From positions 24,133 to 88,132 of the forward strand of contig CAVXJS010000005.1 in the NCBI GenBank assembly GCA_963762145.1: DNA of 64,000 bases, given 5' to 3'. Position numbers and translations under genes: made by a program. Numbering within the stretch: position 1 is the first letter of the stretch; every line of letters begins with the position of its first letter. This DNA is from an uncultured Candidatus Rokubacteria bacterium (GTDB lineage: Bacteria; Methylomirabilota; Methylomirabilia; Rokubacteriales; CSP1-6). The notes under the pieces are model-generated. The model searched no databases, had not been told where the DNA came from, and worked only from the letters and a program-made list of their open reading frames with translations. Shown piece after piece: positions 31,065 to 41,499 of this stretch.

Positions 31065-32414
31065 ATGCTGCGCCCCATCATCGCCATCGTGGGCCGCCCG
31101 AACGTGGGCAAGTCCACGCTCTTCAACCGGCTCATCGGCCGCCGGCGCTCGCTCGTCCGTGACGTGCCCGGCGTCACCCGCGACCGTCTCTACGGCACCG
31201 CGGTGTTCGAGCGCTGGCAGGCCACCGTCGTGGACACCGGGGGCTTCGATCCCAGCAGCGAGTCCGACCTGGTCCAGGGCGTCCGGCGGCAGGTGCTCCA
31301 GGCGGTGGACGACGCGGACCTGCTGGTGTTCGTGGTCGACGGCCGCGCCGGCATCACCGGCCTCGACGAGGAGATCGCGGGGATCCTGCGCAAGTCCGGT
31401 CGGCCGACACTGCTCGCGGTCAACAAGGTGGACAGCGCGGGCCAGGATACCCCGGTGGGCGACGCCTACCGGCTGGGCTTCGCGCCGGTGCTCACCGTCT
31501 CCGCCGAGCACGGGCGCGGCGTGGCCGAGCTGCTGGAGGCCTGCCGGGACCGCGCGCCCGCCGTCGAGCCCGAAGCCGCGCACGAAGGCACGCGCGTGGC
31601 GATCATCGGGCGCCCGAATGTCGGCAAGTCGTCCCTGGTGAACGCGGTGCTCGGCCACGAGCGCGTGCTGGTGCACGATCTGCCCGGCACCACGCGCGAC
31701 GCGGTGGACAGCCCGGTGACCTTCCGGGACCGGGACTACCTGCTCATCGACACCGCGGGCATCCGTCGCAAGGGGAAGGTGACCGAGGCCCTCGAGAAGC
31801 TCGCGGTGGTGATGGCGCTCAAGAGCCTCGAGCGGTGCCAGGTGGCGGTGATCGTGATGGACGCCTCCGAGGGAGTGACCGCGCAGGACGCGCACATCGC
31901 GGGCTACGCCAACGACGCGGGGCGCGCGGTGGTGGTGGCGGTGAACAAGTGGGACCTGGTGCCGCCCGGCATGGTGCAGCGGGCCGACGTGACCGGGCAG
32001 GTCCACGAGCGGCTGCCCTTCCTCGAGCACGCGCCCATCTGCTTCACCTCCGCGGTGACGCGGCTCGGGCTCCGCGATCTCTTCGACCAGGTGGACGTGG
32101 TGGCCGCGGAAGCGCACAAGCGCGTGCAGCCGGGCGACCTGCTGGCCACCCTGCGCACCGCGGTCGAGCGGCGGCCGATGTCGTCTCGCGGGATTCCCCT
32201 GCGCGTGCAGTCGGCGCAGCAGGTCGCGGTGTCGCCGCCCACGTTCGCGATCCGCGTGAACCTGCCGGACAGCATCCACTTCTCCTACGAGCGCTACATC
32301 GTCAACTCGCTGCGACACGCCTACGGCTTCTCGGGCTCGCCGCTGCGCCTGCTCTTCCGCAAGGCGGTGGGGCGTGGCATGGGCCGGTCCCGGGGGGCGC
32401 GCCGACGCGCCTGA
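31065..32414 (+). CDS. der: Ribosome biogenesis GTPase Der
   Basis: Two GRPNVGKS G-domains, PGVTRD/PGTTRD, KH-like C-terminus. Confidence 0.96.
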   Translation: MLRPIIAIVGRPNVGKSTLFNRLIGRRRSLVRDVPGVTRDRLYGTAVFERWQATVVDTGGFDPSSESDLVQGVRRQVLQAVDDADLLVFVVDGRAGITGLDEEIAGILRKSGRPTLLAVNKVDSAGQDTPVGDAYRLGFAPVLTVSAEHGRGVAELLEACRDRAPAVEPEAAHEGTRVAIIGRPNVGKSSLVNAVLGHERVLVHDLPGTTRDAVDSPVTFRDRDYLLIDTAGIRRKGKVTEALEKLAVVMALKSLERCQVAVIVMDASEGVTAQDAHIAGYANDAGRAVVVAVNKWDLVPPGMVQRADVTGQVHERLPFLEHAPICFTSAVTRLGLRDLFDQVDVVAAEAHKRVQPGDLLATLRTAVERRPMSSRGIPLRVQSAQQVAVSPPTFAIRVNLPDSIHFSYERYIVNSLRHAYGFSGSPLRLLFRKAVGRGMGRSRGARRRA

Positions 32415-32455
32415 GCCGGCGGCGTCTAACTAGGCAGAACCCCTAGTGATTTCGG

Positions 32456-32484
32456 TTGAGCCCCCCTGGCACTGGTGCTATAAC
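32456..32484 (+). promoter_or_regulatory. Putative sigma70 promoter
   Basis: TTGAGC-N17-TATAAC with TG extension. Confidence 0.5.
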
Positions 32485-32529
32485 ATCCCGTAGCCGTTCA
32501 CCACCGAGCAGTCAGCGAGGACTTAGCGT

Positions 32530-33282
32530 GTGAGCCCAGAGCGCCCCGACCAGGACGATTTCCTCGAGGACGAAGAGCAGGAGGAATACGGCCAGCGCAG
32601 CATCTTCGCGACCGGCTGGTTCCGCGCCGTGCTCGTTCTTCTCGTCCTTGCCGTGGTTGCGGTCATCGCGGTGCCGCTGATCGGCGGCTGGTTCGAGCCG
32701 ACGCCGCCCCCGAAGGTCACCACGAGACCGAGCGAGCCGTCCACCCCGCCCGTGACGCCGAGCCCGCCGCCGGCGGCGACGGCGCCATCGCCGCCGCCCG
32801 TGAGCCAGATGCCCAGCCAGGCGGCTCCCCCCGTCGCGGCGCCCCCCGCGGCGACGCCGACCCCGGCGCCGCCCGTGCCGCCGCCATCGATGCCGCCGCC
32901 GCCTGCCAGTAGCCCGGCGCCCGCGCGCCCGGAGATGCCGTCCTCGAGCGCATCCAAGGCGGCCAAGGCCCCGGAGAAGGCCAAGGCGCCCGAACGCACC
33001 GCCGCGGTGCCGCCGAGCAAGAGCACGGCGAAGCCGGCGGCCTCGAACGGTGCCTACTGGGTCCAGGTGGGCGCGTTCAAGGACAGTGGCAATGCCGAAG
33101 GCCTGGCCCGCAAGCTCCGCTCCGAGGGTTACTCGGTCCAGGTGACGCAGGTGACACGCAACGAGCCGCTGCACGTCGTGCGGGTGGGCGGCTATCCGGA
33201 TCGCTCGCGGGCCAGCGCGGCCCGCGAAGAGCTGCAGGGCAAGGGACAGACGGGCTTCGTGACCTCGGGCCCGCCCAAGTAA
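32530..33282 (+). CDS. SPOR-domain membrane protein with Pro-rich linker
   Basis: TM helix, PPA-rich linker, YWVQVGAF..A..L...VRVG SPOR motif. Confidence 0.85.
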   Translation: MSPERPDQDDFLEDEEQEEYGQRSIFATGWFRAVLVLLVLAVVAVIAVPLIGGWFEPTPPPKVTTRPSEPSTPPVTPSPPPAATAPSPPPVSQMPSQAAPPVAAPPAATPTPAPPVPPPSMPPPPASSPAPARPEMPSSSASKAAKAPEKAKAPERTAAVPPSKSTAKPAASNGAYWVQVGAFKDSGNAEGLARKLRSEGYSVQVTQVTRNEPLHVVRVGGYPDRSRASAAREELQGKGQTGFVTSGPPK

Positions 33283-33296
33283 ACCGACGAGGGGAG

Positions 33297-33578
33297 GTGA
33301 CGGCGCTGACCAAGAACGATCTGATCAATGCGGTGGCGGCCCACGGGCTGTCGAAGCGGCAGTCCGCTGCCGTGGTCGAATCGCTGTTCGACATCATCTT
33401 CCGCTGCTTCGAAAAGGGAGAGGACGTGAAGATCGTCGGCTTCGGGCATTTCCGGATCCGGCAGAAAGCGTCGCGCCGCGGCCGCAATCCCCAGACGGGC
33501 GACAGCATCGAGATCACCGCGCGCAAGGTGCTGACGTTCAAGCCGAGCAAGGGCCTGAAGCTCCGGATCAACGTCTAG
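33297..33578 (+). CDS. ihfA: Integration host factor alpha
   Basis: LTKNDL, VKIVGFGHF, GRNPQTG, TFKPS; ihfA-MerR-tRNA-Pro synteny. Confidence 0.85.
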   Translation: MTALTKNDLINAVAAHGLSKRQSAAVVESLFDIIFRCFEKGEDVKIVGFGHFRIRQKASRRGRNPQTGDSIEITARKVLTFKPSKGLKLRINV

Positions 33579-33595
33579 CCGGAGGCCCGCGGGGT

Positions 33596-33967
33596 ATGAG
33601 CACGGTTCCTGACAAGCTCTACTACCGGATCGGAGAAGTCGAGACGATCACGGAGATCCCCGCATACGTGCTCCGCTACTGGGAGTCCGAGTTCAAGCTG
33701 CTCCGGCCGAAGAAGAACCCGGCCGGCCAGCGTCTCTACCGTAAGGCCGACCTCGAGCTCGTCCTCCGCATCAAGTCGCTGCTCTACGAGGAGCGCCTCA
33801 CTCTCGAAGGCGCCAAGAAGCGGCTCCGCGGCGAAGCCCGCGGCCTCGATCAGATGGACCTCGGCCTGCGCGGCGCCACCCTCGAAGAGGTGATCCGCCG
33901 CACCCGGACGCGCCTGCAGGCCATCCGGCAGCGCCTCGCCGCCTCCCGACCCGGCCGCTCGTCTTGA
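33596..33967 (+). CDS. MerR-family transcriptional regulator
   Basis: [38 protein letters not shown]. Confidence 0.88.
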   Translation: MSTVPDKLYYRIGEVETITEIPAYVLRYWESEFKLLRPKKNPAGQRLYRKADLELVLRIKSLLYEERLTLEGAKKRLRGEARGLDQMDLGLRGATLEEVIRRTRTRLQAIRQRLAASRPGRSS

Positions 33968-33992
33968 GTTTGCCCCATCCAGCCCGTACAAT
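33964..33992 (+). promoter_or_regulatory. sigma70 promoter for tRNA-Pro/surE
   Basis: TTGAGT-N17-TACAAT. Confidence 0.6.
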
Positions 33993-34003
33993 GCCCGTTG
34001 GGT

Positions 34004-34080
<77 letters not shown>

Positions 34081-34092
34081 ATTTCAATCGAC

Positions 34093-34866
34093 ATGGCGCC
34101 CGTGATTCTTGTCACCAACGATGACGGGATTCACGCGCGCGGGCTCCAGGTTCTCGCAGAGGCGCTGGCCGCGCTCGGCGAGGTGTACGTCGTCGCGCCG
34201 GATCGCGAGCAGAGCGCGGTGGGTCACGCCCTCACGCTGCACCGGCCGCTCCGGGTAGACCGGGTCGCGGAGCGGAAGTACGCGGTGAATGGCACGCCGT
34301 CGGACTGCGTGAACCTGGCCGTCCTCGGGCTCTTGCCGGAGCCGCCGGTGCTGGTGGTGTCCGGCGTGAATCACGGGACGAACCTGGGCGACGACGTGAC
34401 GTACTCGGGGACGGTGTCGGCCGCGATGGAGGGCACGCTGCTGGGGGTGCCGTCCGTGGCGGTCTCGCAGGCGGAGCCAGACGCGGAGGGCTTCGACGGG
34501 GCGGGGCCGGTGGCCCTCGCGGTGGCCACGCGCCTCCTGGTCGAGGGGCTGCCCGCGAAGACGCTGCTGAACGTGAACGTACCGCGAGGCGCGGTGAAGG
34601 GGATCCGGCTCACGCGGCTCGGCCATCGGGTCTACCGCGAGAAGGTGGTCCAGGAGATGGATCCGCGCGGGCGCCCGTACTACTGGATCGGGGCGGGCCC
34701 GCCGGAGTGGGCGGAGGATGCGGCCTCGGACATCGCGGCGGTGCACGCGGGGTTCGCGTCGGTGACGCCGCTGCATCTGGACCTGACGCACCACGGCGCG
34801 CTCGGCCGCATGAGCGAGTGGGAAGGCGCCTTGAACGCCGTGCTGAAGAAGAAGCGCAAGCGGTGA
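34093..34866 (+). CDS. surE: 5'/3'-nucleotidase SurE
   Basis: ILVTNDDG, GTPSDCV, SGVNHGTNLG..V.YSGTVSAA.EG. Confidence 0.96.
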   Translation: MAPVILVTNDDGIHARGLQVLAEALAALGEVYVVAPDREQSAVGHALTLHRPLRVDRVAERKYAVNGTPSDCVNLAVLGLLPEPPVLVVSGVNHGTNLGDDVTYSGTVSAAMEGTLLGVPSVAVSQAEPDAEGFDGAGPVALAVATRLLVEGLPAKTLLNVNVPRGAVKGIRLTRLGHRVYREKVVQEMDPRGRPYYWIGAGPPEWAEDAASDIAAVHAGFASVTPLHLDLTHHGALGRMSEWEGALNAVLKKKRKR

Positions 34867-35513
34867 GCACGCAGCGCTTCGCGCGCGAGCGCGAGCGCAT
34901 GGTGGACGAGCAGGTGGCCGGGCGCGGGGTCGCCGACGCGCGGGTGCTCGAGGCGATGCGGCGGGTGCCGCGGCATCTGTTCGTGGACGAGGCGCTGCGC
35001 GATCGAGCCTACGGGGATCACCCGCTGCCGATCGGGGAAGGGCAGACGATCTCACAGCCCTTCATCGTGGGCCGCATGACCGAGCTGCTGCGGCTGGGTG
35101 GGCGGGAGAAGGTGCTGGAGGTGGGAACGGGCTGCGGCTTCCAGGCCGCGGTCCTCGCGGAGCTGGCGGCGCGCGTGTGCACGATCGAGCGCCTGCCACG
35201 GCTGGCCGCGCGGGCGCGCGAGACGCTGGAAGGGCTCGGGTATCGCAACGTGTGGGTGCGGGCCGGCAACGGCACGCTGGGGTGGCCGGACGAGGCGCCG
35301 TTCGATCGGATCCTCGTCGCGGCGGGCGGGCCGTCGGTGCCGCCGCCCCTGTTCGAGCAGCTGGCGGAGGGCGGGCGGATGGTGATGCCGGTCGGCGACG
35401 CCGCCAACCAGACGCTCGAGGTGATCGACAAGGTGCAGGGGGTGATGAAGGTCACCCGGGACTCCGGGTGCGTGTTCGTGAAGCTCGTGGGCAAATATGC
35501 CTGGGAGTCGTGA
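34863..35513 (+). CDS. pcm: Protein-L-isoaspartate O-methyltransferase
   Basis: VPRHLFV, GQTISQP, VLEVGTGCG, APFDRI. Confidence 0.95.
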   Translation: MSTQRFARERERMVDEQVAGRGVADARVLEAMRRVPRHLFVDEALRDRAYGDHPLPIGEGQTISQPFIVGRMTELLRLGGREKVLEVGTGCGFQAAVLAELAARVCTIERLPRLAARARETLEGLGYRNVWVRAGNGTLGWPDEAPFDRILVAAGGPSVPPPLFEQLAEGGRMVMPVGDAANQTLEVIDKVQGVMKVTRDSGCVFVKLVGKYAWES

Positions 35514-35535
35514 GACTCTGGGATGAGGATTCGGA

Positions 35536-35612
35536 CGGGGCGTAGCGCAGCTTGGTAGCGCGCCTGCTTCGGGAGCAGGAGGTCGCTGGTTCAAATCCAG
35601 TCGCCCCGACCA
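35536..35612 (+). tRNA. tRNA-Pro(CGG)
   Basis: 77-nt cloverleaf, anticodon arm CCTGC-TTCGGGA-GCAGG, CCA end. Confidence 0.95.
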
Positions 35613-35642
35613 TTTTTTTCTCGAGACGTTGGCGGAGCCGGG

Positions 35643-35948
35643 ATGGGTGTCACGGGACTGCGCAGCGCCGCCGAGATCGTGGTGGAAGGCCGGGTGCAAG
35701 GCGTCGGCTACCGCGATTTCGTCCAGCGCAAGGCCGCGTCGCTGGGCCTCGCCGGGTACGTGATGAATCTGAAGGATGGGAAAGTGCGCGTGCGCGTGGA
35801 AGGCGGGCGCGACCTCATCGAGGAGCTCATGCACGACCTGGGCAAGGGTCCACCGCTGGCGCGTGTGGACCACCTGGCCGTCACCTGGCGGCCCCTGACG
35901 GGCCGCTACGTGGGCTTCGCCATCCGCTACGCGGAGTTCGACCCGTGA
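35643..35948 (+). CDS. acyP: Acylphosphatase
   Basis: GRVQGVGYR, GYVMNLKDGKV, GPPLARV. Confidence 0.9.
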   Translation: MGVTGLRSAAEIVVEGRVQGVGYRDFVQRKAASLGLAGYVMNLKDGKVRVRVEGGRDLIEELMHDLGKGPPLARVDHLAVTWRPLTGRYVGFAIRYAEFDP

Positions 35949-36883
35949 CGGCGCACCCCGGCGTGCCCATCCTCCTCGTCCTCATCTTGCTCGTCTCCAT
36001 CACCGCATCCCACGCCCAGCCCAAGCCCTCGAAGCCGCGGGCCGCCCCCTCGCAGCAGCAGACCATCCCGGCTCCCCACTGGGGCTCCGCGAAGACCCCG
36101 AGCGCGCCGACCGTTAGTCCGAAGGCCGCCGCCGGTCCCAGGACCGCGCCCAGGCCCCCGGTGTGCACGCACACCGTGCGGAGCGGCGAGTCGATCAGCC
36201 GCATCGCGACCCGGTACCGCGTGACCCGCGCGGCCCTGATCCAGGCCAACCAGCTCGTGAAGCCGGAAGCCCTCCGGGCCGGCCAGCGGCTGACAGTGCC
36301 GGGGTGCGACCGCCCCGTCCCCCAGACCACCGCGGGGGAAACGCCCGGGACCGAGCCGGATGCCGAAGGTATCCTGATCAAGCGCGTCGGGCCACGGCGC
36401 ATCTTGACGTCCCTGGTCCTCGGCACCCCCGACTTCCGTGACGAGGGCATCACCCTGGTCTGGCCCGTGGAGGGCCCCGTGATCTCCACCTTTGGCCAGC
36501 GCTCCCGCGGGTGGCACGCCGGCATCGACGTCACGGCGGAGATGGGCTCGCAGGTCTACGCCGCGGCGGCCGGGACCGTCGTCTACAGCGGCTGGATCCG
36601 GGCGTATGGGCAGGTCGTCAAGATCCAGCACAGCAACGGATTCATCACCCTTTACGCCCACAACCAGAAGAATCTGGTCGAGGTCGGGGAGGATGTGGAG
36701 GCGGGCCAGCTCATCGCCACGGTCGGGCGTAGCGGCCACGCCACCGGGCCCCACGTGCACTTCGAGGTGCGCCGCGACGGCAAGGCCTACAATCCGCTCC
36801 ACCTGCTCGAGCCGTCCGACAAGAGCCCGGTCTTCGATGACGACATCGCATCGTCCAGCTCGGAGCACGACCCTCACGAGTGA
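35945..36883 (+). CDS. LysM + M23 peptidase (NlpD-like)
   Basis: Signal peptide, LysM (HTVRSGESISRIA), HAGID, YAHN, TGPHVHFE. Confidence 0.9.
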   Translation: MTAHPGVPILLVLILLVSITASHAQPKPSKPRAAPSQQQTIPAPHWGSAKTPSAPTVSPKAAAGPRTAPRPPVCTHTVRSGESISRIATRYRVTRAALIQANQLVKPEALRAGQRLTVPGCDRPVPQTTAGETPGTEPDAEGILIKRVGPRRILTSLVLGTPDFRDEGITLVWPVEGPVISTFGQRSRGWHAGIDVTAEMGSQVYAAAAGTVVYSGWIRAYGQVVKIQHSNGFITLYAHNQKNLVEVGEDVEAGQLIATVGRSGHATGPHVHFEVRRDGKAYNPLHLLEPSDKSPVFDDDIASSSSEHDPHE

Positions 36884-36892
36884 GGGCTTCGC

Positions 36893-37834
36893 ATGGCTGA
36901 GATGGCGGATGAGCTGGAGGACGGCGACGAGCCCCTCGAGGCCCTGCTCGACAAGGACCCGGCCGAGCTCGGCGAGAAGCCCGATGCGCCCGAGGCCGGC
37001 AACCGCAGCCGCGAGCTGATCGCGCTCTACCTGCAGGAGATCGCCCGGGTCAAGCTGCTGACCCCGGAGGAGGAGCAGGACCTGGCCCGTCGCGTCCAGG
37101 CGGGCGACGCCGAGGCCGAGAAGCGGCTCGTCGAGGCCAACCTGCGCCTCGTGGTCCGGATCGCCCGGCGCTATCTCCACCGCGGGCTCTCTCTCCTCGA
37201 CCTGATCGAGGAGGGCAATGTCGGGCTGCTCCACGCCGCGCGCAAGTTCCAGCCGAATCGCGGCACGCGCTTCTCGACCTACGCCACGTGGTGGATCCGC
37301 CAGGCGGTGGTGCGGGCCCTCGCCAACCAGGCCCGGACCATCCGCCTGCCGGTCCACGTCGAGCTGCTCCTGTCGCAGTACATGAAGCAGCGGAACCTGC
37401 TCACCCAGAGGCTCGGCCGGGCGCCCACGCTCGAGGAAGTCGCGGCGGTCATGAACCGGCCGGCGGGCGAGCTCGAGCAGCTCGAGAGCCTCCGCCAGCA
37501 TCCCGTCTCGCTCGACAAGCCCACCGGCGAGGACGGGAAGGGCAGTCTCGGCGATACGGTCGAGGATCCGAACGCGGCGGCGGGCAGCGGGCTCGCGGCC
37601 ATGCTGCGCGCCCGGGCCGACCTGGCCGGCGTGCTCCAGGATCTGCCCGACCGCGAGCGCACCGTGGTGACCCTGCGCTTCGGCCTGGCCGGCGAGGAGC
37701 CGATGACGCTCGAGCGCATCGGCCAGCGCCTCGGGCTCACCCGCGAGCGGGTGCGCCAGATCGAGGGCGCCGCGCTCCGGCAGCTACGGCGCCTGCTCGC
37801 CGCGCGCGACGTCGAGGCGTCGGATCTGCAGTGA
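36893..37834 (+). CDS. Group 1/2 sigma70 factor lacking region 1.1 (RpoS-like by position)
   Basis: [41 protein letters not shown]; follows surE-pcm-nlpD. Confidence 0.88.
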   Translation: MAEMADELEDGDEPLEALLDKDPAELGEKPDAPEAGNRSRELIALYLQEIARVKLLTPEEEQDLARRVQAGDAEAEKRLVEANLRLVVRIARRYLHRGLSLLDLIEEGNVGLLHAARKFQPNRGTRFSTYATWWIRQAVVRALANQARTIRLPVHVELLLSQYMKQRNLLTQRLGRAPTLEEVAAVMNRPAGELEQLESLRQHPVSLDKPTGEDGKGSLGDTVEDPNAAAGSGLAAMLRARADLAGVLQDLPDRERTVVTLRFGLAGEEPMTLERIGQRLGLTRERVRQIEGAALRQLRRLLAARDVEASDLQ

Positions 37835-38052
37835 GCCCCGGCGAGAAGACCCTGGGCGAGCTGGTGCGCGAGCTGCGCGAGCGTCAAGGCCTCACCCAGG
37901 CGCAGCTGGCCGAGCGGGCCCAGCTCGCGCTCAGCTACATCACCCTGGCCGAGTCGGGCCAGCGGGTGAATCTGTCGCCGTCGGCGATCGGCCGGCTCGC
38001 GCGCGCGCTCGGCGTGCCGAGCCGGGTGCTGGCCGAGCCGGAGCAGAAGTAG
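37831..38052 (+). CDS. XRE-family HTH protein
   Basis: [18 protein letters not shown]...ESG..LARALGV. Confidence 0.85.
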   Translation: MSPGEKTLGELVRELRERQGLTQAQLAERAQLALSYITLAESGQRVNLSPSAIGRLARALGVPSRVLAEPEQK

Positions 38053-38060
38053 CCGCCGCG

Positions 38061-38438
38061 GTGGACGCGCTCGGGAAGGCTCAGACGGAAGGGCGCCGCC
38101 TGCAGGGCGCCATCGACGTCGAGTACCACGGAGCGCGGCGCGACAACACGTGGGGCCGCACCCAGCCCCATGTCGTCGAGCGGTGGCGCCTCGCATTGCG
38201 GGCCTGGCTCACCGCCACCGAGGCCGCGCTCGCCGCGAATCCGGCCGCGCTGAGCCGCTTCCGTGCGGCGCCCGCGGCCGCGAGTCCCGCGCCCGGCGAG
38301 AGCGCCGACTGGGTCGAGATTCGCAATGCCCTCGCGGGCAAGCTGACGGTCCTGGCCGCGCTGACCGACGAAGCCCGACGCGCCGGGGGAGGCGCCACGC
38401 CGACTCCGCCGCCCCGCAGCGTGTGGCGCAAGCCCTGA
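38061..38438 (+). CDS. Hypothetical protein
   Basis: ORF filling gap, host-like codon usage. Confidence 0.5.
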   Translation: MDALGKAQTEGRRLQGAIDVEYHGARRDNTWGRTQPHVVERWRLALRAWLTATEAALAANPAALSRFRAAPAAASPAPGESADWVEIRNALAGKLTVLAALTDEARRAGGGATPTPPPRSVWRKP

Positions 38439-38442
38439 GACG

Positions 38443-39271
38443 TCAGGCGGGCCGGCGGGCCGAGAACACCGTGATCGGGTAGAGGCAGTAGTAGTCCGGG
38501 GCGCGCAGCACGTTGGCGGACGAGCCCTCGTCGCAGAGCCGGGTGCGCTCCCGCCAGTCCTCCGGGGCCAGCAGCTCCCGCAGCCGATCTCCCCAGTTGC
38601 GCGAGAAGACGGTGTGCTGGATGTAGTCGTGATCGGTCGGAGCCAGCGGCGCGTGGCGCTCCAGCGTGTAGGTGCGCATCGCGACGCTCGCGAGTCCGGC
38701 CGCGCGGAGGGAGGCGGGCGTGGTCTGGCGCCGCTCCTGGAACGAATGCCCCGCGCCCTCGTCGAGCGTGCGGCGAATCTCGGCGAGCTGGATGCGCCGC
38801 TCGAGCTCCGGGTGCCCCGGCAGGAACATCGCCGAGAAGACCTGAGACTCCTTGACGATGACGCGCCCGCCCGGCCGGACCACGCGGGCGAACTCGCGCA
38901 AGGCCTTCTCGGTGTCCACGATGTGGTGCAGCACGTCTCCGCACCACACCCAGTCCAGGCTCCCATCCGGCATCGGAATGGCGGTGCCGTCCCCACGCCG
39001 GAACTCGAGCCGGTCCCCGGCGGTCTCTCCGCCCACGAGGCGCGCGCGCCGCGTCCACCTTGTCCGCCTCGGGCTCGATGGCCACGACCCGGCCGCCCTG
39101 ACCCACCGCCTCGGCGAGCCAGAGCGCGTAGAGGCCGACGCCGCAGCCCACGTCGAGCCCGCGCGAGCCGGCGGGCAACCCCAGCTCGCCGATGATCCGC
39201 CGCGCTTCGGGCTCCTGGAAGCGGTTCATGCGCTCGAGCGAGACGTGGGGGCCGGACTCGGCGGGGCTCAT
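38443..39271 (-). CDS. Class I SAM-dependent methyltransferase (frameshift ~39040)
   Basis: LDVGCGVG motif I; GD...IPMPDGSLDWV, LREFARVVRPGG in second frame. Confidence 0.8.
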
Positions 39272-39367
39272 CGCGGGCCATGCTACCAGAGGGCTGCTCC
39301 GGCCGGGGTGCTAGAATCGGGACGCTGGCGGCCGACACCTCGAGGCGGCGGCAAGGGACGGGCGGTC

Positions 39368-40168
39368 GTGAACATCGCGCCACGCGCAGGGTGCACCGGA
39401 CTCATCCTCCTCGGTCTGCTCAGCGGTTGCTCGAGCACCCCGCCCCCCGCGCCCGCTCCGACGTCAGACCAGGACCCGCGCCGGCTGGCGCTCTGGGCGG
39501 CGGCGACGGAGTGCGCGGAGGGGAAGCAGGCGTCGCTGCGGGTCGACCGCGTCGACGACAGCGGCCAGGTCCAGGTCACGATCCTTCCGGGCGGGCAGCC
39601 CGCGGTGCCCGCGTTCACCGCGTGCTTCAAGCAGACGGCTCCCGCCAAGCTGGCCGCGGCCGGGCGGGCGACCAGCCCGGCCCAGATTCTCGAGCCCCGG
39701 GTGGCTCCCGAGCCGACCGGCGGCCGACCGGCCCCGCGAGCCACCTCGGTCGCGATCCAGACGATACAGAACCGGTTCCTGGTGCCGGTCATGCTCAACG
39801 GAACCCACGCGGCCACGCTTCTGCTCGACACGGGCGCCAACATCACCGTGCTCACCCCGCAGGTCGCGCGGCGCGTGGGAATCGACCTGCCGACCGGACC
39901 CGGCGCTTCGAAGGCGAAGGCCAGGATGGCGAGCGGACAGGAGGTCGACGTGTCGCTGGTCCGCGTGAGGTCGATGACGGTCGGCGCGGCCCGGATCGAC
40001 AACCTCCAGGTCGCGGTGTACGAGATCGGCGTGCTGGACACCAGCGAGACGGGGCCTCTGACCGTGGACGGATTCCTGGGCGCCGATTTCCTCAGCCGAT
40101 TCACCATGACCATCGATCCGCGGGCCGGGAAGCTGACCCTGCAGCTCGCGGATGGGCCGGTGAAGTAA
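39368..40168 (+). CDS. Lipoprotein with retropepsin-like aspartic protease domain
   Basis: LSGC lipobox; LLDTGA; DGFLGADFL. Confidence 0.85.
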   Translation: MNIAPRAGCTGLILLGLLSGCSSTPPPAPAPTSDQDPRRLALWAAATECAEGKQASLRVDRVDDSGQVQVTILPGGQPAVPAFTACFKQTAPAKLAAAGRATSPAQILEPRVAPEPTGGRPAPRATSVAIQTIQNRFLVPVMLNGTHAATLLLDTGANITVLTPQVARRVGIDLPTGPGASKAKARMASGQEVDVSLVRVRSMTVGAARIDNLQVAVYEIGVLDTSETGPLTVDGFLGADFLSRFTMTIDPRAGKLTLQLADGPVK

Positions 40169-40181
40169 CGCGACAGCTCAG

Positions 40182-41042
40182 TCAGAGGCGGGCCGTATGG
40201 CGGCGACGCCTCCGCGCGAGGTAGCCGAGCCCAGCTGCACTCGTGCCCCAGAGCAATAGGGTGGCGGGTTCCGGCGTGTGCAGCCCCGCGGCGCCCCCAA
40301 CCCAGAACTCGAGCTCGTTGCCGACGAAGGGATTATTCGGGTTGGCGATCTGTCCTCCCACGAGGCCGAGGACGACATCCTCATGCGGCCCGAGATCATG
40401 AACTGCGCCGCGGGCGTCGAATCCGAAACGGCCGCCGGCAGGGAGATTGGCATCCCGAATTGCTTTCCGGAGCGCCTCGGCGGGCACCCCGAAGTCGGCA
40501 GGCAACGTGATGACGCTCCCCGCATTGAGCACGACGTTGAACGGAACGGCGGGCCCCGGCGCGACCTCCCCCGAATGGGGAGCAATGCGGTGCACGGCAC
40601 TTCCCGTCAGGGTGACCACGTCACTCGGGGAGAAGATGGACGTTGCGGGCTGGTAGGTGACCTGGGTCTGAACCGACCAGAAGTCGCCGATGACGAAGAA
40701 TTGAAAGGTCTGCGCCACAACGAGAGGGTCGACCCGCCCGTCGCGTCCGAATCCGGCCAGGAAAACCAGATTGAAGTGCAGGGGGTTCTCGGCAAAGAGC
40801 ACAGCCGGCAGCGGATTCGGTGTGGCCGGCAACGGAGGAATGAACTGACTGAGCATGAAGGGATACAGATTGAAGCCCGGGAGATTCGGGTCAGGCGGCC
40901 CTTGCGGAACGCCGAATGTCGGTGGTACCGGAGCGGTCCCCGGGAAGCCAATGGTCATCGCCGATGCCGGAGCGGCAGCCCCCGATAACAGCACGAGGCC
41001 CACCAGGATGGTCGACGCCAACAGATTGGGGATGCGCTTCAT
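40182..41042 (-). CDS. PEP-CTERM surface protein, paralog 1
   Basis: Signal peptide; TPEPATLLLWGTSAAGLGYLARRRRR C-terminus. Confidence 0.88.
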   Translation of the reverse strand: MKRIPNLLASTILVGLVLLSGAAAPASAMTIGFPGTAPVPPTFGVPQGPPDPNLPGFNLYPFMLSQFIPPLPATPNPLPAVLFAENPLHFNLVFLAGFGRDGRVDPLVVAQTFQFFVIGDFWSVQTQVTYQPATSIFSPSDVVTLTGSAVHRIAPHSGEVAPGPAVPFNVVLNAGSVITLPADFGVPAEALRKAIRDANLPAGGRFGFDARGAVHDLGPHEDVVLGLVGGQIANPNNPFVGNELEFWVGGAAGLHTPEPATLLLWGTSAAGLGYLARRRRRHTARL

Positions 41043-41098
41043 ACCCTGCTCCTCTTGGATCGTTGGATCAGGCCAGGGAGCGACGAACAGGTGGCGCG

Positions 41099-41128
41099 AT
41101 GCTAGGGCGGGCAGCGCACGCTTGTCAA
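41099..41128 (-). promoter_or_regulatory. sigma70 promoter of PEP-CTERM gene 1
   Basis: TTGACA-N18-TAGCAT on minus strand; same boxes upstream of paralog 2. Confidence 0.6.
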
Positions 41129-41247
41129 CGCGTGGCCAGCCGGGTTCGGGAGTGCGGCTGAATGGTCGTCCCCGGCGGAGTGTTTGAAGTGGTCCATCAG
41201 GCAGTGCCGTGGTAGGGTGGCTGCCCCCATAGACGAAGGAGGACCCT

Positions 41248-41499
41248 ATGACTCAGTCGGGCGTGTCAGTATCCGAACCGAGCATCGTGGGCGTCACCGC
41301 CGTCACGGTGATCGAAACCGCCTCCAGAGACCTCGAGGACCTTGAGGAGATCATGACGGTAGGACACTCGCCTTCGTGGAGCCTCCCAGCGCTCCCGGAC
41401 GGCCTGGCTCTCTGCGTCAGCTGCTGGCGGCTGATCACGGCGCCACAGCTTGGCGTGGATCGATGCCTAGCCGCCAGGCAATGGGCAGTCTTCCGATGA
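41248..41499 (+). CDS. Small hypothetical protein (cassette-like)
   Basis: AAGGAGG SD; stop coincides with junction motif ATGATCGCC. Confidence 0.5.
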   Translation: MTQSGVSVSEPSIVGVTAVTVIETASRDLEDLEEIMTVGHSPSWSLPALPDGLALCVSCWRLITAPQLGVDRCLAARQWAVFR

